DNA of 64,000 bases from the NCBI GenBank assembly GCA_051362555.1, contig CM120643.1, positions 11,258,644-11,322,643 on the forward strand. Reading direction: 5' to 3'. This document shows positions 24,001 through 36,000 of this stretch, piece after piece. A model generated the notes under the pieces. It saw nothing but the letters and a program-made list of their open reading frames with translations. It was not told where the DNA came from and did no database searches. The stretch's first letter is position 1. Each line of letters starts with the position of its first letter. The stretch comes from Lingula anatina (lineage: Eukaryota > Animalia > Brachiopoda). The position numbers were made by a program, and so were the translations under genes.

Positions 24001-27000
24001 GAATTGGGGGCCTTGATGAAGTGACCCGGGCGCGTTTCCACATTTTTTATGAATGACAGGTGTGGTAGATTGATTTTGAACTATTGAACTATTGAAAATT
24101 TTTTTTCTTCATTATAGTGTCAGGTAGGTGTGTTCGGTCATTTGTAGTAAGAATAAAGTGCTGGAAGAGTGGTGGTGTCAACATTAAGGAAGAAATAGAG
24201 CAAAAACTCTGTCTCCCCCCCCCCCCCCTCTCAGATTCTGTTCTCAGAGCTTATTTTTGGATCATCTTTAAAGCTAGAATTGGGGGCCTTGATGAAGTGA
24301 CCCGGGCGCGTTTCCACATTTTTTATGAATGACAGGTGTGGTAGATTGATTTTCGTCACTTTTTGGAAAAATCGGAGACGGGTCGATTTTTGGTGATTTT
24401 GAGTGATTTTGAACAGTGCCGGCACTGTGAGATTTCTTCAATTTTGGCCAGGTAGGGATGAAAATTTTTTTTCTTCATTATAGTGTCAGGTAGGTGTGTT
24501 CGGTCATTTGTAGTAAGAATAAAGTGCTGGAAGAGTGGTGGTGTCAACATTAAGGAAGAAATAGAGCAAAAACTCTGTCTCCCCCCCCCCCCTCTCAGAT
24601 TCTGTTCTCAGAGCTTATTTTTGGATCATCTTTAAAGCTAGAATTGGGGGCCTTGATGAAGTGACCCGGGCGCGTTTCCACATTTTTTATGAATGACAGG
24701 TGTGGTAGATTGATTTTCGTCACTTTTTGGAAAAATCGGAGACGGGTCGATTTTTGGTGATTTTGATTGATTTTGAACAGTGCCGGCACTGTGAGATTTC
24801 TTCAATTTTGGCCAGGTAGGGATGAAAATTTTTTTTCTTCATTATAGTGTCAGGTAGGTGTGTTCGGTCATTTGTAGTAAGAATAAAGTGCTGGAAGAGT
24901 GGTGGTGTCAACATTAAGGAAGAAATAGAGCAAAAACTCTGTCTCCCCCCCCCCCTCTCAGATTCTGTTCTCAGAGCTTATTTTTGGATCATCTTTAAAG
25001 CTAGAATTGGGGGCCTTGATGAAGTGACCCGGGCACGTTTCCACATTTTTTATGAATGACAGGTGTGGTAGATTGATTTTCGTCACTTTTTGGAAAAATC
25101 GGAGACGGGTCGATTTTTGGTGATTTTGAGTGATTTTGAACAGTGCCGGCACTGTGAGATTTCTTCAATTTTGGCCAGGTAGGGATGAAATTTTTTTTTC
25201 TTCATTATAGTGTCAGGTAGGTGTGTTCGGTCATTTGTAGTAAGAATAAAGTGCTGGAAGAGTGGTGGTGTCAACATTAAGGAAGAAATAGAGCAAAAAC
25301 TCTGTCTCCCCCCCCCCCCTCTCAGATTCTGTTCTCAGAGCTTATTTTTGGATCATCTTTAAAGCTAGAATTGGGGGCCTTGATGAAGTGACCCGGGCGC
25401 GTTTCCACATTTTTTATGAATGACAGGTGTGGTAGATTGATTTTCGTCACTTTTTGGAAAAATCGGAGACGGGTCGATTTTTGGTGATTTTGAGTGATTT
25501 TGAACAGTGCCGGCACTGTGAGATTTCTTCAATTTTGGCCAGGTAGGGATGAAAATTTTTTTTCTTCATTATAGTGTCAGGTAGGTGTGTTCGGTCATTT
25601 GTAGTAAGAATAAAGTGCTGGAAGAGTGGTGGTGTCAACATTAAGGAAGAAATAGAGCAAAAACTCTGTCTCCCCCCCCCCCCCCTCTCAGATTCTGTTC
25701 TCAGAGCTTATTTTTGGATCATCTTTAAAGCTAGAATTGGGGGCCTTGATGAAGTGACCCGGGCGCGTTTCCACATTTTTTATGAATGACAGGTGTGGTA
25801 GATTGATTTTCGTCACTTTTTGGAAAAATCGGAGACGGGTCGATTTTTGGTGATTTTGAGTGATTTTGAACAGTGCCGGCACTGTGAGATTTCTTCAATT
25901 TTGGCCAGGTAGGGATGAAAATTTTTTTCTTCATTATAGTGTCAGGTAGGTGTGTTCGGTCATTTGTAGTAAGAATAAAGTGCTGGAAGAGTGGTGGTGT
26001 CAACATTAAGAAAGAAATAGAGCAAAAACTCTGTCTCCCCCCCCCCCTCTCAGATTCTGTTCTCACAGCTTATTTTTGGATCATCTTTAAAGCTAGAATT
26101 GGGGGCCTTGATGAAGTGACCCGGGCGCGTTTCCACATTTTTTATGAATGACAGGTGTGGTAGATTGATTTTCGTCACTTTTTGGAAAAATCGGAGACGG
26201 GTCGATTTTTGGTGATTTTGAGTGATTTTGAACAGTGCCGGCACTGTGAGATTTCTTCAATTTTGGCCAGGTAGGGATGAAAATTTTTTTTCTTCATTAT
26301 AGTGTCAGGTAGGTGTGTTCGGTCATTTGTAGTAAGAATAAAGTGCTGGAAGAGTGGTGGTGTCAACATTAAGGAAGAAATAGAGCAAAAACTCTGTCTC
26401 CCCCCCCTCTCAGATTCTGTTCCCAGAGCTTATTTTTGGATCATCTTTAAAGCTAGAATTGGGGGCCTTGATGAAGTGACCCGGGCGCGTTTCCACATTT
26501 TTTATGAATGACAGGTGTGGTAGATTGATTTTGAACTATTGAACTATTGAAAATTTTTTTTCTTCATTATAGTGTCAGGTAGGTGTGTTCGGTCATTTGT
26601 AGTAAGAATAAAGTGCTGGAAGAGTGGTGGTGTCAACATTAAGGAAGAAATAGAGCAAAAACTCTGTCTCCCCCCCCCCCCTCTCAGATTCTGTTCTCAG
26701 AGCTTATTTTTGGATCATCTTTAAAGCTAGAATTGGGGGCCTTGATGAAGTGACCCGGGCGCGTTTCCACATTTTTTATGAATGACAGGTGTGGTAGATT
26801 GATTTTCGTCACTTTTTGGAAAAATCGGAGACGGGTCGATTTTTGGTGATTTTGAGTGATTTTGAACAGTGCCGGCACTGTGAGATTTCTTCAATTTTGG
26901 CCAGGTAGGGATGAAAATTTTTTTTCTTCATTATAGTGTCAGGTAGGTGTGTTCGGTCATTTGTAGTAAGAATAAAGTGCTGGAAGAGTGGTGGTGTCAA

Positions 27001-30000
27001 CATTAAGGAAGAAATAGAGCAAAAACTCTGTCTCCCCCCCCCCCCTCTCAGATTCTGTTCTCAGAGCTTATTTTTGGATCATCTTTAAAGCTAGAATTGG
27101 GGGCCTTGATGAAGTGACCCGGGCGCGTTTCCACATTTTTTATGAATGACAGGTGTGGTAGATTGATTTTCGTCACTTTTTGGAAAAATCGGAGACCGGT
27201 CGATTTTTGGTGATTTTGATTGATTTTGAACAGTGCCGGCACTGTGAGATTTCTTCAATTTTGGCCAGGTAGGGATGAAAATTTTTTTTCTTCATTATAG
27301 TGTCAGGTAGGTGTGTTCGGTCATTTGTAGTAAGAATAAAGTGCTGGAAGAGTGGTGGTGTCAACATTAAGGAAGAAATAGAGCAAAAACTCTGTCTCCC
27401 CCCCCCCCCTCTCAGATTCTGTTCTCAGAGCTTATTTTTGGATCATCTTTAAAGCTAGAATTGGGGGCCTTGATGAAGTGACCCGGGCACGTTTCCACAT
27501 TTTTTATGAATGACAGGTGTGGTAGATTGATTTTCGTCACTTTTTGGAAAAATCGGAGACGGGTCGATTTTTGGTGATTTTGAGTGATTTTGAACAGTGC
27601 CGGCACTGTGAGATTTCTTCAATTTTGGCCAGGTAGGGATGAAAATTTTTTTTCTTCATTATAGTGTCAGGTAGGTGTGTTCGGTCATTTGTAGTAAGAA
27701 TAAAGTGCTGGAAGAGTGGTGGTGTCAACATTAAGGAAGAAATAGAGCAAAAACTCTGTCTCCCCCCCCCCCCTCTCAGATTCTGTTCTCAGAGCTTATT
27801 TTTGGATCATCTTTAAAGCTAGAATTGGGGGCCTTGATGAAGTGACCCGGGCGCGTTTCCACATTTTTTATGAATGACAGGTGTGGTAGATTGATTTTCG
27901 TCACTTTTTGGAAAAATCGGAGACGGGTCGATTTTTGGTGATTTTGAGTGATTTTGAACAGTGCCGGCACTGTGAGATTTCTTCAATTTTGGCCAGGTAG
28001 GGATGAAAATTTTTTTCTTCATTATAGTGTCAGGTAGGTGTGTTCGGTCATTTGTAGTAAGAATAAAGTGCTGGAAGAGTGGTGGTGTCAACATTAAGGA
28101 AGAAATAGAGCAAAAACTCTGTCTCCCCCCCCCCCCCCCCTCTCAGATTCTGTTCTCAGAGCTTATTTTTGGATCATCTTTAAAGCTAGAATTGGGGGCC
28201 TTGATGAAGTGACCCGGGCGCGTTTCCAAATTTTTTATGAATGACAGGTGTGGTAGATTGATTTTTGTCACTTTTTGGAAAAATCGGAGACGGGTCGATT
28301 TTTGGTGATTTTGAGTGATTTTGAACAGTGCCGGCACTGTGAGATTTCTTCAATTTTGGCCAGGTAGGGATGAAAATTTTTTTTCTTCATTATAGTGTCA
28401 GGTAGGTGTGTTCGGTCATTTGTAGTAAGAATAAAGTGCTGGAAGAGTGGTGGTGTCAACATTAAGGAAGAAATAGAGCAAAAACTCTGTCTCCCCCCCC
28501 CCTCTCAGATTCTGTTCTCAGAGCTTATTTTTGGATCATCTTTAAAGCTAGAATTGGGGGCCTTGATGAAGTGACCCGGGCGCGTTTCCACATTTTTTAT
28601 GAATAACAGGTGTGGTAGATTGATTTTCGTCACTTTTTGGAAAAATCGGAGACGGGTCGATTTTTGGTGATTTTGAGTGATTTTGAACAGTGCCGGCACT
28701 GTGAGATTTCTTCAATTTTGGCCAGGTAGGGATGAAATTTTTTTTTCTTCATTATAGTGTCAGGTAGGTGTGTTCGGTCATTTGTAGTAAGAATAAAGTG
28801 CTGGAAGAGTGGTGGTGTCAACATTAAGGAAGAAATAGAGCAAAAACTCTGTCTCCCCCCCCCCCTCTCAGATTCTGTTCTCAGAGCTTATTTTTGGATC
28901 ATCTTTAAAGCTTGAATTGGGGGCCTTGATGAAGTGACCCGGGCGCGTTTCCACATTTTTTATGAATGACAGGTGTGGTAGATTGATTTTCGTCACTTTT
29001 TGGAAAAATCGGAGACGGGTCGATTTTTGGTGATTTTGAGTGATTTTGAACAGTGCCGGCACTGTGAGATTTCTTCAATTTTGGCCAGGTAGGGATGAAA
29101 ATTTTTTTTCTTCATTATAGTGTCAGGTAGGTGTGTTCGGTCATTTGTAGTAAGAATAAAGTGCTGGAAGAGTGGTGGTGTCAACATTAAGGAAGAAATA
29201 GAGCAAAAACTCTGTCTCCCCCCCCCCCCCCTCTCAGATTCTGTTCTCAGAGCTTATTTTTGGATCATCTTTAAAGCTAGAATTGGGGGCCTTGATGAAG
29301 TGACCCGGGCGCGTTTCCACATTTTTTATGAATGACAGGTGTGGTAGATTGATTTTCGTCACTTTTTGGAAAAATCGGAGACAGGTCGATTTTTGGTGAT
29401 TTTGAGTGATTTTGAACAGTGCCGGCACTGTGAGATTTCTTCAATTTTGGCCAGGTAGGGATGAAAATTTTTTTTCTTCATTATAGTGTCAGGTAGGTGT
29501 GTTCGGTCATTTGTAGTAAGAATAAAGTGCTGGAAGAGTGGTGGTGTCAACATTAAGGAAGAAATAGAGCAAAAACTCTGTCTCCCCCCCCCCCTCTCAG
29601 ATTCTGTTCTCAGAGCTTATTTTTGGATCATCTTTAAAGCTAGAATTGGGGGCCTTGATGAAGTGACCCGGGCGCGTTTCCACATTTTTTATGAATGACA
29701 GGTGTGGTAGATTGATTTTCGTCACTTTTTGGAAAAATCGGAGACGGGTCGATTTTTGGTGATTTTGAGTGATTTTGAACAGTGCCGGCACTGTGAGATT
29801 TCTTCAATTTTGGCCAGGTAGGGATGAAAATTTTTTTTCTTCATTATAGTGTCAGGTAGGTGTGTTCGGTCATTTGTAGTAAGAATAAAGTGCTGGAAGA
29901 GTGGTGGTGTCAACATTAAGGAAGAAATAGAGCAAAAACTCTGTCTCCCCCCCCCCCTCTCAGATTCTGTTCTCAGAGCTTATTTTTGGATCATCTTTAA

Positions 30001-33000
30001 AGCTAGAATTGGGGGCCTTGATGAAGTGACCCGGGCGCGTTTCCACATTTTTTATGAATGACAGGTGTGGTAGATTGATTTTCGTCACTTTTTGGAAAAA
30101 TCGGAGACGGGTCGATTTTTGGTGATTTTGAGTGATTTTGAACAGTGCCGGCACTGTGAGATTTCTTCAATTTTGGCCAGGTAGGGATGAAAATTTTTTT
30201 TCTTCATTATAGTGTCAGGTAGGTGTGTTCGGTCATTTGTAGTAAGAATAAAGTGCTGGAAGAGTGGTGGTGTCAACATTAAGGAAGAAATAGAGCAAAA
30301 ACTCTGTCTCCCCCCCCCCCCTCTCAGATTCTGTTCTCAGAGCTTATTTTTGGATCATCTTTAAAGCTAGAATTGGGGGCCTTGATGAAGTGACCCGGGC
30401 GCGTTTCCACATTTTTTATGAATGACAGGTGTGGTAGATTGATTTTCGTCACTTTTTGGAAAAATCGGAGACGGGTCGATTTTTGGTGATTTTGAGTGAT
30501 TTTGAACAGTGCCGGCACTGTGAGATTTCTTCAATTTTGGCCAGGTAGGGATGAAAATTTTTTTTCTTCATTATAGTGTCAGGTAGGTGTGTTCGGTCAT
30601 TTGTAGTAAGAATAAAGTGCTGGAAGAGTGGTGGTGTCAACATTAAGGAAGAAATAGAGCAAAAACTCTGTCTCCCCCCCCCCCCTCTCAGATTCTGTTC
30701 TCAGAGCTTATTTTTGGATCATCTTTAAAGCTAGAATTGGGGGCCTTGATGAAGTGACCCGGGCGCGTTTCCACATTTTTTATGAATGACAGGTGTGGTA
30801 GATTGATTTTCGTCACTTTTTGGAAAAATTGGAGACGGGTCGATTTTTGGTGATTTTGAGTGATTTTGAACAGTGCCGGCACTGTGAGATTTCTTCAATT
30901 TTGGCCAGGTAGGGATGAAATTTTTTTTTCTTCATTATAGTGTCAGGTAGGTGTGTTCGGTCATTTGTAGTAAGAATAAAGTGCTGGAAGAGTGGTGGTG
31001 TCAACATTAAGGAAGAAATAGAGCAAAAACTCTGTCTCCCCCCCCCCCCTCTCAGATTCTGTTCTCAGAGCTTATTTTTGGATCATCTTTAAAGCTAGAA
31101 TTGGGGGCCTTGATGAAGTGACCCGGGCGCGTTTCCACATTTTTTATGAATGACAGGTGTGGTAGATTGATTTTCGTCACTTTTTGGAAAAATCGGAGAC
31201 TGGTCGATTTTTGGTGATTTTGAGTGATTTTGAACAGTGCCGGCACTGTGAGATTTCTTCAATTTTGGCCAGGTAGGGATGAAAATTTTTTTCTTCATTA
31301 TAGTGTCAGGTAGGTGTGTTCGGTCATTTGTAGTAAGAATAAAGTGCTGGAAGAGTGGTGGTGTCAACATTAAGGAAGAAATAGAGCAAAAACTCTGTCT
31401 CCCCCCCCCCCCCCCCCCTCTCAGATTCTGTTCTCAGAGCTTATTTTTGGATCATCTTTAAAGCTAGAATTGGGGGCCTTGATGAAGTGACCCGGGCGCG
31501 TTTCCACATTTTTTATGAATGACAGGTGTGGTAGATTGATTTTCGTCACTTTTTGGAAAAATCGGAGACGGGTCGATTTTTGGTGATTTTGAGTGATTTT
31601 GAACAGTGCCGGCACTGTGAGATTTCTTCAATTTTGGCCAGGTAGGGATGAAAATTTTTTTTCTTCATTATAGTGTCAGGTAGGTGTGTTCGGTCATTTG
31701 TAGTAAGAATAAAGTGCTGGAAGAGTGGTGGTGTCAACATTAAGGAAGAAATAGAGCAAAAACTCTGTCTCCCCCCCCCCCCCCTCTTAGATTCTGTTCT
31801 CAGAGCTTATTTTTGGATCATCTTTAAAGCTAGAATTGGGGGCCTTGATGAAGTGACCCGGGCGCGTTTCCACATTTTTTATGAATGACAGGTGTGGTAG
31901 ATTGATTTTCGTCACTTTTTGGAAAAATCGGAGACGGGTCGATTTTTGGTGATTTTGAGTGATTTTGAACAGTGCCGGCACTGTGAGATTTCTTCAATTT
32001 TGGCCAGGTAGGGATGAAAATTTTTTTTCTTCATTATAGTGTCAGGTAGGTGTGTTCGGTCATTTGTAGTAAGAATAAAGTGCTGGAAGAGTGGTGGTGT
32101 CAACATTAAGGAAGAAATAGAGCAAAAACTCTGTCTCCCCCCCCCCCCCCCCCCTCTCAGATTCTGTTCTCAGAGCTTATTTTTGGATCATCTTTAAAGC
32201 TAGAATTGGGGGCCTTGATGAAGTGACCCGGGCGCGTTTCCACATTTTTTATGAATGACAGGTGTGGTAGATTGATTTTCGTCACTTTTTGGAAAAATCG
32301 GAGACGGGTCGATTTTTGGTGATTTTGAGTGATTTTGAACAGTGCCGGCACTGTGAGATTTCTTCAATTTTGGCCAGGTAGGGATGAAAATTTTTTTTCT
32401 TCATTATAGTGTCAGGTAGGTGTGTTCGGTCATTTGTAGTAAGAATAAAGTGCTGGAAGAGTGGTGGTGTCAACATTAAGGAAGAAATAGAGCAAAAACT
32501 CTGTCTCCCCCCCCCCCCCTCTCAGATTCTGTTCTCAGAGCTTATTTTTGGATCATCTTTAAAGCTAGAATTGGGGGCCTTGATGAAGTGACCCGGGCGC
32601 GTTTCCACATTTTTTATGAATGACAGGTGTGGTAGATTGATTTTCGTCACTTTTTGGAAAAATCGGAGACGGGTCGATTTTTGGTGATTTTGAGTGATTT
32701 TGAACAGTGCCGGCAATGTGAGATTTCTTCAATTTTGGCCAGGTAGGGATGAAAATTTTTTTTCTTCATTATAGTGTCAGGTAGGTGTGTTCGGTCATTT
32801 GTAGTAAGAATAAAGTGCTGGAAGAGTGGTGGTGTCAACATTAAGGAAGAAATAGAGCAAAAACTCTGTCTCCCCCCCCCCCTCTCAGATTCTGTTCTCA
32901 GAGCTTATTTTTGGATCTTCTTTAAAGCTAGAATTGGGGGCCTTGATGAAGTGACCCGGGCGCGTTTCCACATTTTTTATGAATGACAGGTGTGGTAGAT

Positions 33001-36000
33001 TGATTTTCGTCACTTTTTGGAAAAATCGGAGACGGGTCGATTTTTGGTGATTTTGAGTGATTTTGAACAGTGCCGGCACTGTGAGATTTCTTCAATTTTG
33101 GCCAGGTAGGGATGAAAATTTTTTTTCTTCATTATAGTGTCAGGTAGGTGTGTTCGGTCATTTGTAGTAAGAATAAAGTGCTGGAAGAGTGGTGGTGTCA
33201 ACATTAAGGAAGAAATAGAGCAAAAACTCTGTCTCCCCCCCCCCCCTCTCAGATTCTGTTCTCAGAGCTTATTTTTGGATCATCTTTAAAGCTAGAATTG
33301 GGGGCCTTGATGAAGTGACCCGGGTGCGTTTCCACATTTTTTATGAATGACAGGTGTGGTAGATTGATTTTCGTCACTTTTTGGAAAAATCGGAGACGGG
33401 TCGATTTTTGGTGATTTTGAGTGATTTTGAACAGTGCCGGCACTGTGAGATTTCTTCAATTTTGGCCAGGTAGGGATGAAAATTTTTTTTCTTCATTATA
33501 GTGTCAGGTAGGTGTGTTCGGTCATTTGTAGTAAGAATAAAGTGCTGGAAGAGTGGTGGTGTCAACATTAAGGAAGAAATAGAGCAAAAACTCTGTCTCC
33601 CCCCCCCCCCTCTCAGATTCTGTTCTCAGAGCTTATTTTTGGATCATCTTTAAAGCTAGAATTGGGGGCCTTGATGAAGTGACCCGGGCGCGTTTCCACA
33701 TTTTTTATGAATGACAGGTGTGGTAGATTGATTTTCGTCACTTTTTGGAAAAATCGGAGACGGGTCGATTTTTGGTGATTTTGAGTGATTTTGAACAGTG
33801 CCGGCACTGTGAGATTTCTTCAATTTTGGCCAGGTAGGGATGAAAATTTTTTTTCTTCATTATAGTGTCAGGTAGGTGTGTTCGGTCATTTGTAGTAAGA
33901 ATAAAGTGCTGGAAGAGTGGTGGTGTCAACATTAAGGAAGAAATAGAGCAAAAACTCTGTCTCCCCCCCCCCTCTCAGATTCTGTTCTCAGAGCTTATTT
34001 TTGGATCATCTTTAAAGCTAGAATTGGGGGCCTTGATGAAGTGACCCGGGCGCGTTTCCACATTTTTTATGAATGACAGGTGTGGTAGATTGATTTTCGT
34101 CACTTTTTGGAAAAATTGGAGACGGGTCGATTTTTGGTGATTTTGAGTGATTTTGAACAGTGCCGGCACTGTGAGATTTCTTCAATTTTGGCCAGGTAGG
34201 GATGAAATTTTTTTTTCTTCATTATAGTGTCAGGTAGGTGTGTTCGGTCATTTGTAGTAAGAATAAAGTGCTGGAAGAGTGGTGGTGTCAACATTAAGGA
34301 AGAAATAGAGCAAAAACTCTGTCTCCCCCCCCCCTCTCAGATTCTGTTCTCAGAGCTTATTTTTGGATCATCTTTAAAGCTAGAATTGGGGGCCTTGATG
34401 AAGTGACCCGGGCGCGTTTCCACATTTTTTATGAATGACAGGTGTGGTAGATTGATTTTCGTCACTTTTTGGAAAAATCGGAGACGGGTCGATTTTTGGT
34501 GATTTTGAGTGATTTTGAACAGTGCCGGCACTGTGAGATTTCTTCAATTTTGGCCAGGTAGGGATGAAAATTTTTTTTCTTCATTATAGTGTCAGGTAGG
34601 TGTGTTCGGTCATTTGTAGTAAGAATAAAGTGCTGGAAGAGTGGTGGTGTCAACATTAAGGAAGAAATAGAGCAAAAACTCTGTCTCCCCCCCCCCCCCC
34701 CTCTCAGATTCTGTTCTCAGAGCTTATTTTTGGATCATCTTTAAAGCTAGAATTGGGGGCCTTGATGAAGTGACCCGGGCGCGTTTCCACATTTTTTATG
34801 AATGACAGGTGTGGTAGATTGATTTTCGTCACTTTTTGGAAAAATCGGAGACGGGTCGATTTTTGGTGATTTTGAGTGATTTTGAACAGTGCCGGCACTG
34901 TGAGATTTCTTCAATTTTGGCCAGGTAGGGATGAAAATTTTTTTTCTTCATTATAGTGTCAGGTAGGTGTGTTCGGTCATTTGTAGTAAGAATAAAGTGC
35001 TGGAAGAGTGGTGGTGTCAACATTAAGGAAGAAATAGAGCAAAAACTCTGTCTCCCCCCCCCCCCCCTCTCAGATTCTGTTCTCAGAGCTTATTTTTGGA
35101 TCATCTTTAAAGCTAGAATTGGGGGCCTTGATGAAGTGACCCGGGCGCGTTTCCACATTTTTTATGAATGACAGGTGTGGTAGATTGATTTTCGTCACTT
35201 TTTGGAAAAATCGGAGACGGGTCGATTTTTGGTGATTTTGAGTGATTTTGAACAGTGCCGGCACTGTGAGATTTCTTCAATTTTGGCCAGGTAGGGATGA
35301 AAATTTTTTTTCTTCATTATAGTGTCAGGTAGGTGTGTTCGGTCATTTGTAGTAAGAATAAAGTGCTGGAAGAGTGGTGGTGTCAACATTAAGGAAGAAA
35401 TAGAGCAAAAACTCTGTCTCCCCCCCCCCCTCTCAGATTCTGTTCTCAGAGCTTATTTTTGGATCATCTTTAAAGCTAGAATTGGGGGCCTTGATGAAGT
35501 GACCCGGGCGCGTTTCCACATTTTTTATGAATGACAGGTGTGGTAGATTGATTTTCGTCACTTTTTGGAAAAATCGGAGACGGGTCGATTTTTGGTGATT
35601 TTGAGTGATTTTGAACAGTGCCGGCACTGTGAGATTTCTTCAATTTTGGCCAGGTAGGGATGAAAATTTTTTTTCTTCATTATAGTGTCAGGTAGGTGTG
35701 TTCGGTCATTTGTAGTAAGAATAAAGTGCTGGAAGAGTGGTGGTGTCAACATTAAGGAAGAAATAGAGCAAAAACTCTGTCTCCCCCCCCCCCCCCTCTC
35801 AGATTCTGTTCTCAGAGCTTATTTTTGGATCATCTTTAAAGCTAGAATTGGGGGCCTTGATGAAGTGACCCGGGCGCGTTTCCACATTTTTTATGAATGA
35901 CAGGTGTGGTAGATTGATTTTCGTCACTTTTTGGAAAAATCGGAGACGGGTCGATTTTTGGTGATTTTGAGTGATTTTGAACAGTGCCGGCACTGTGAGA

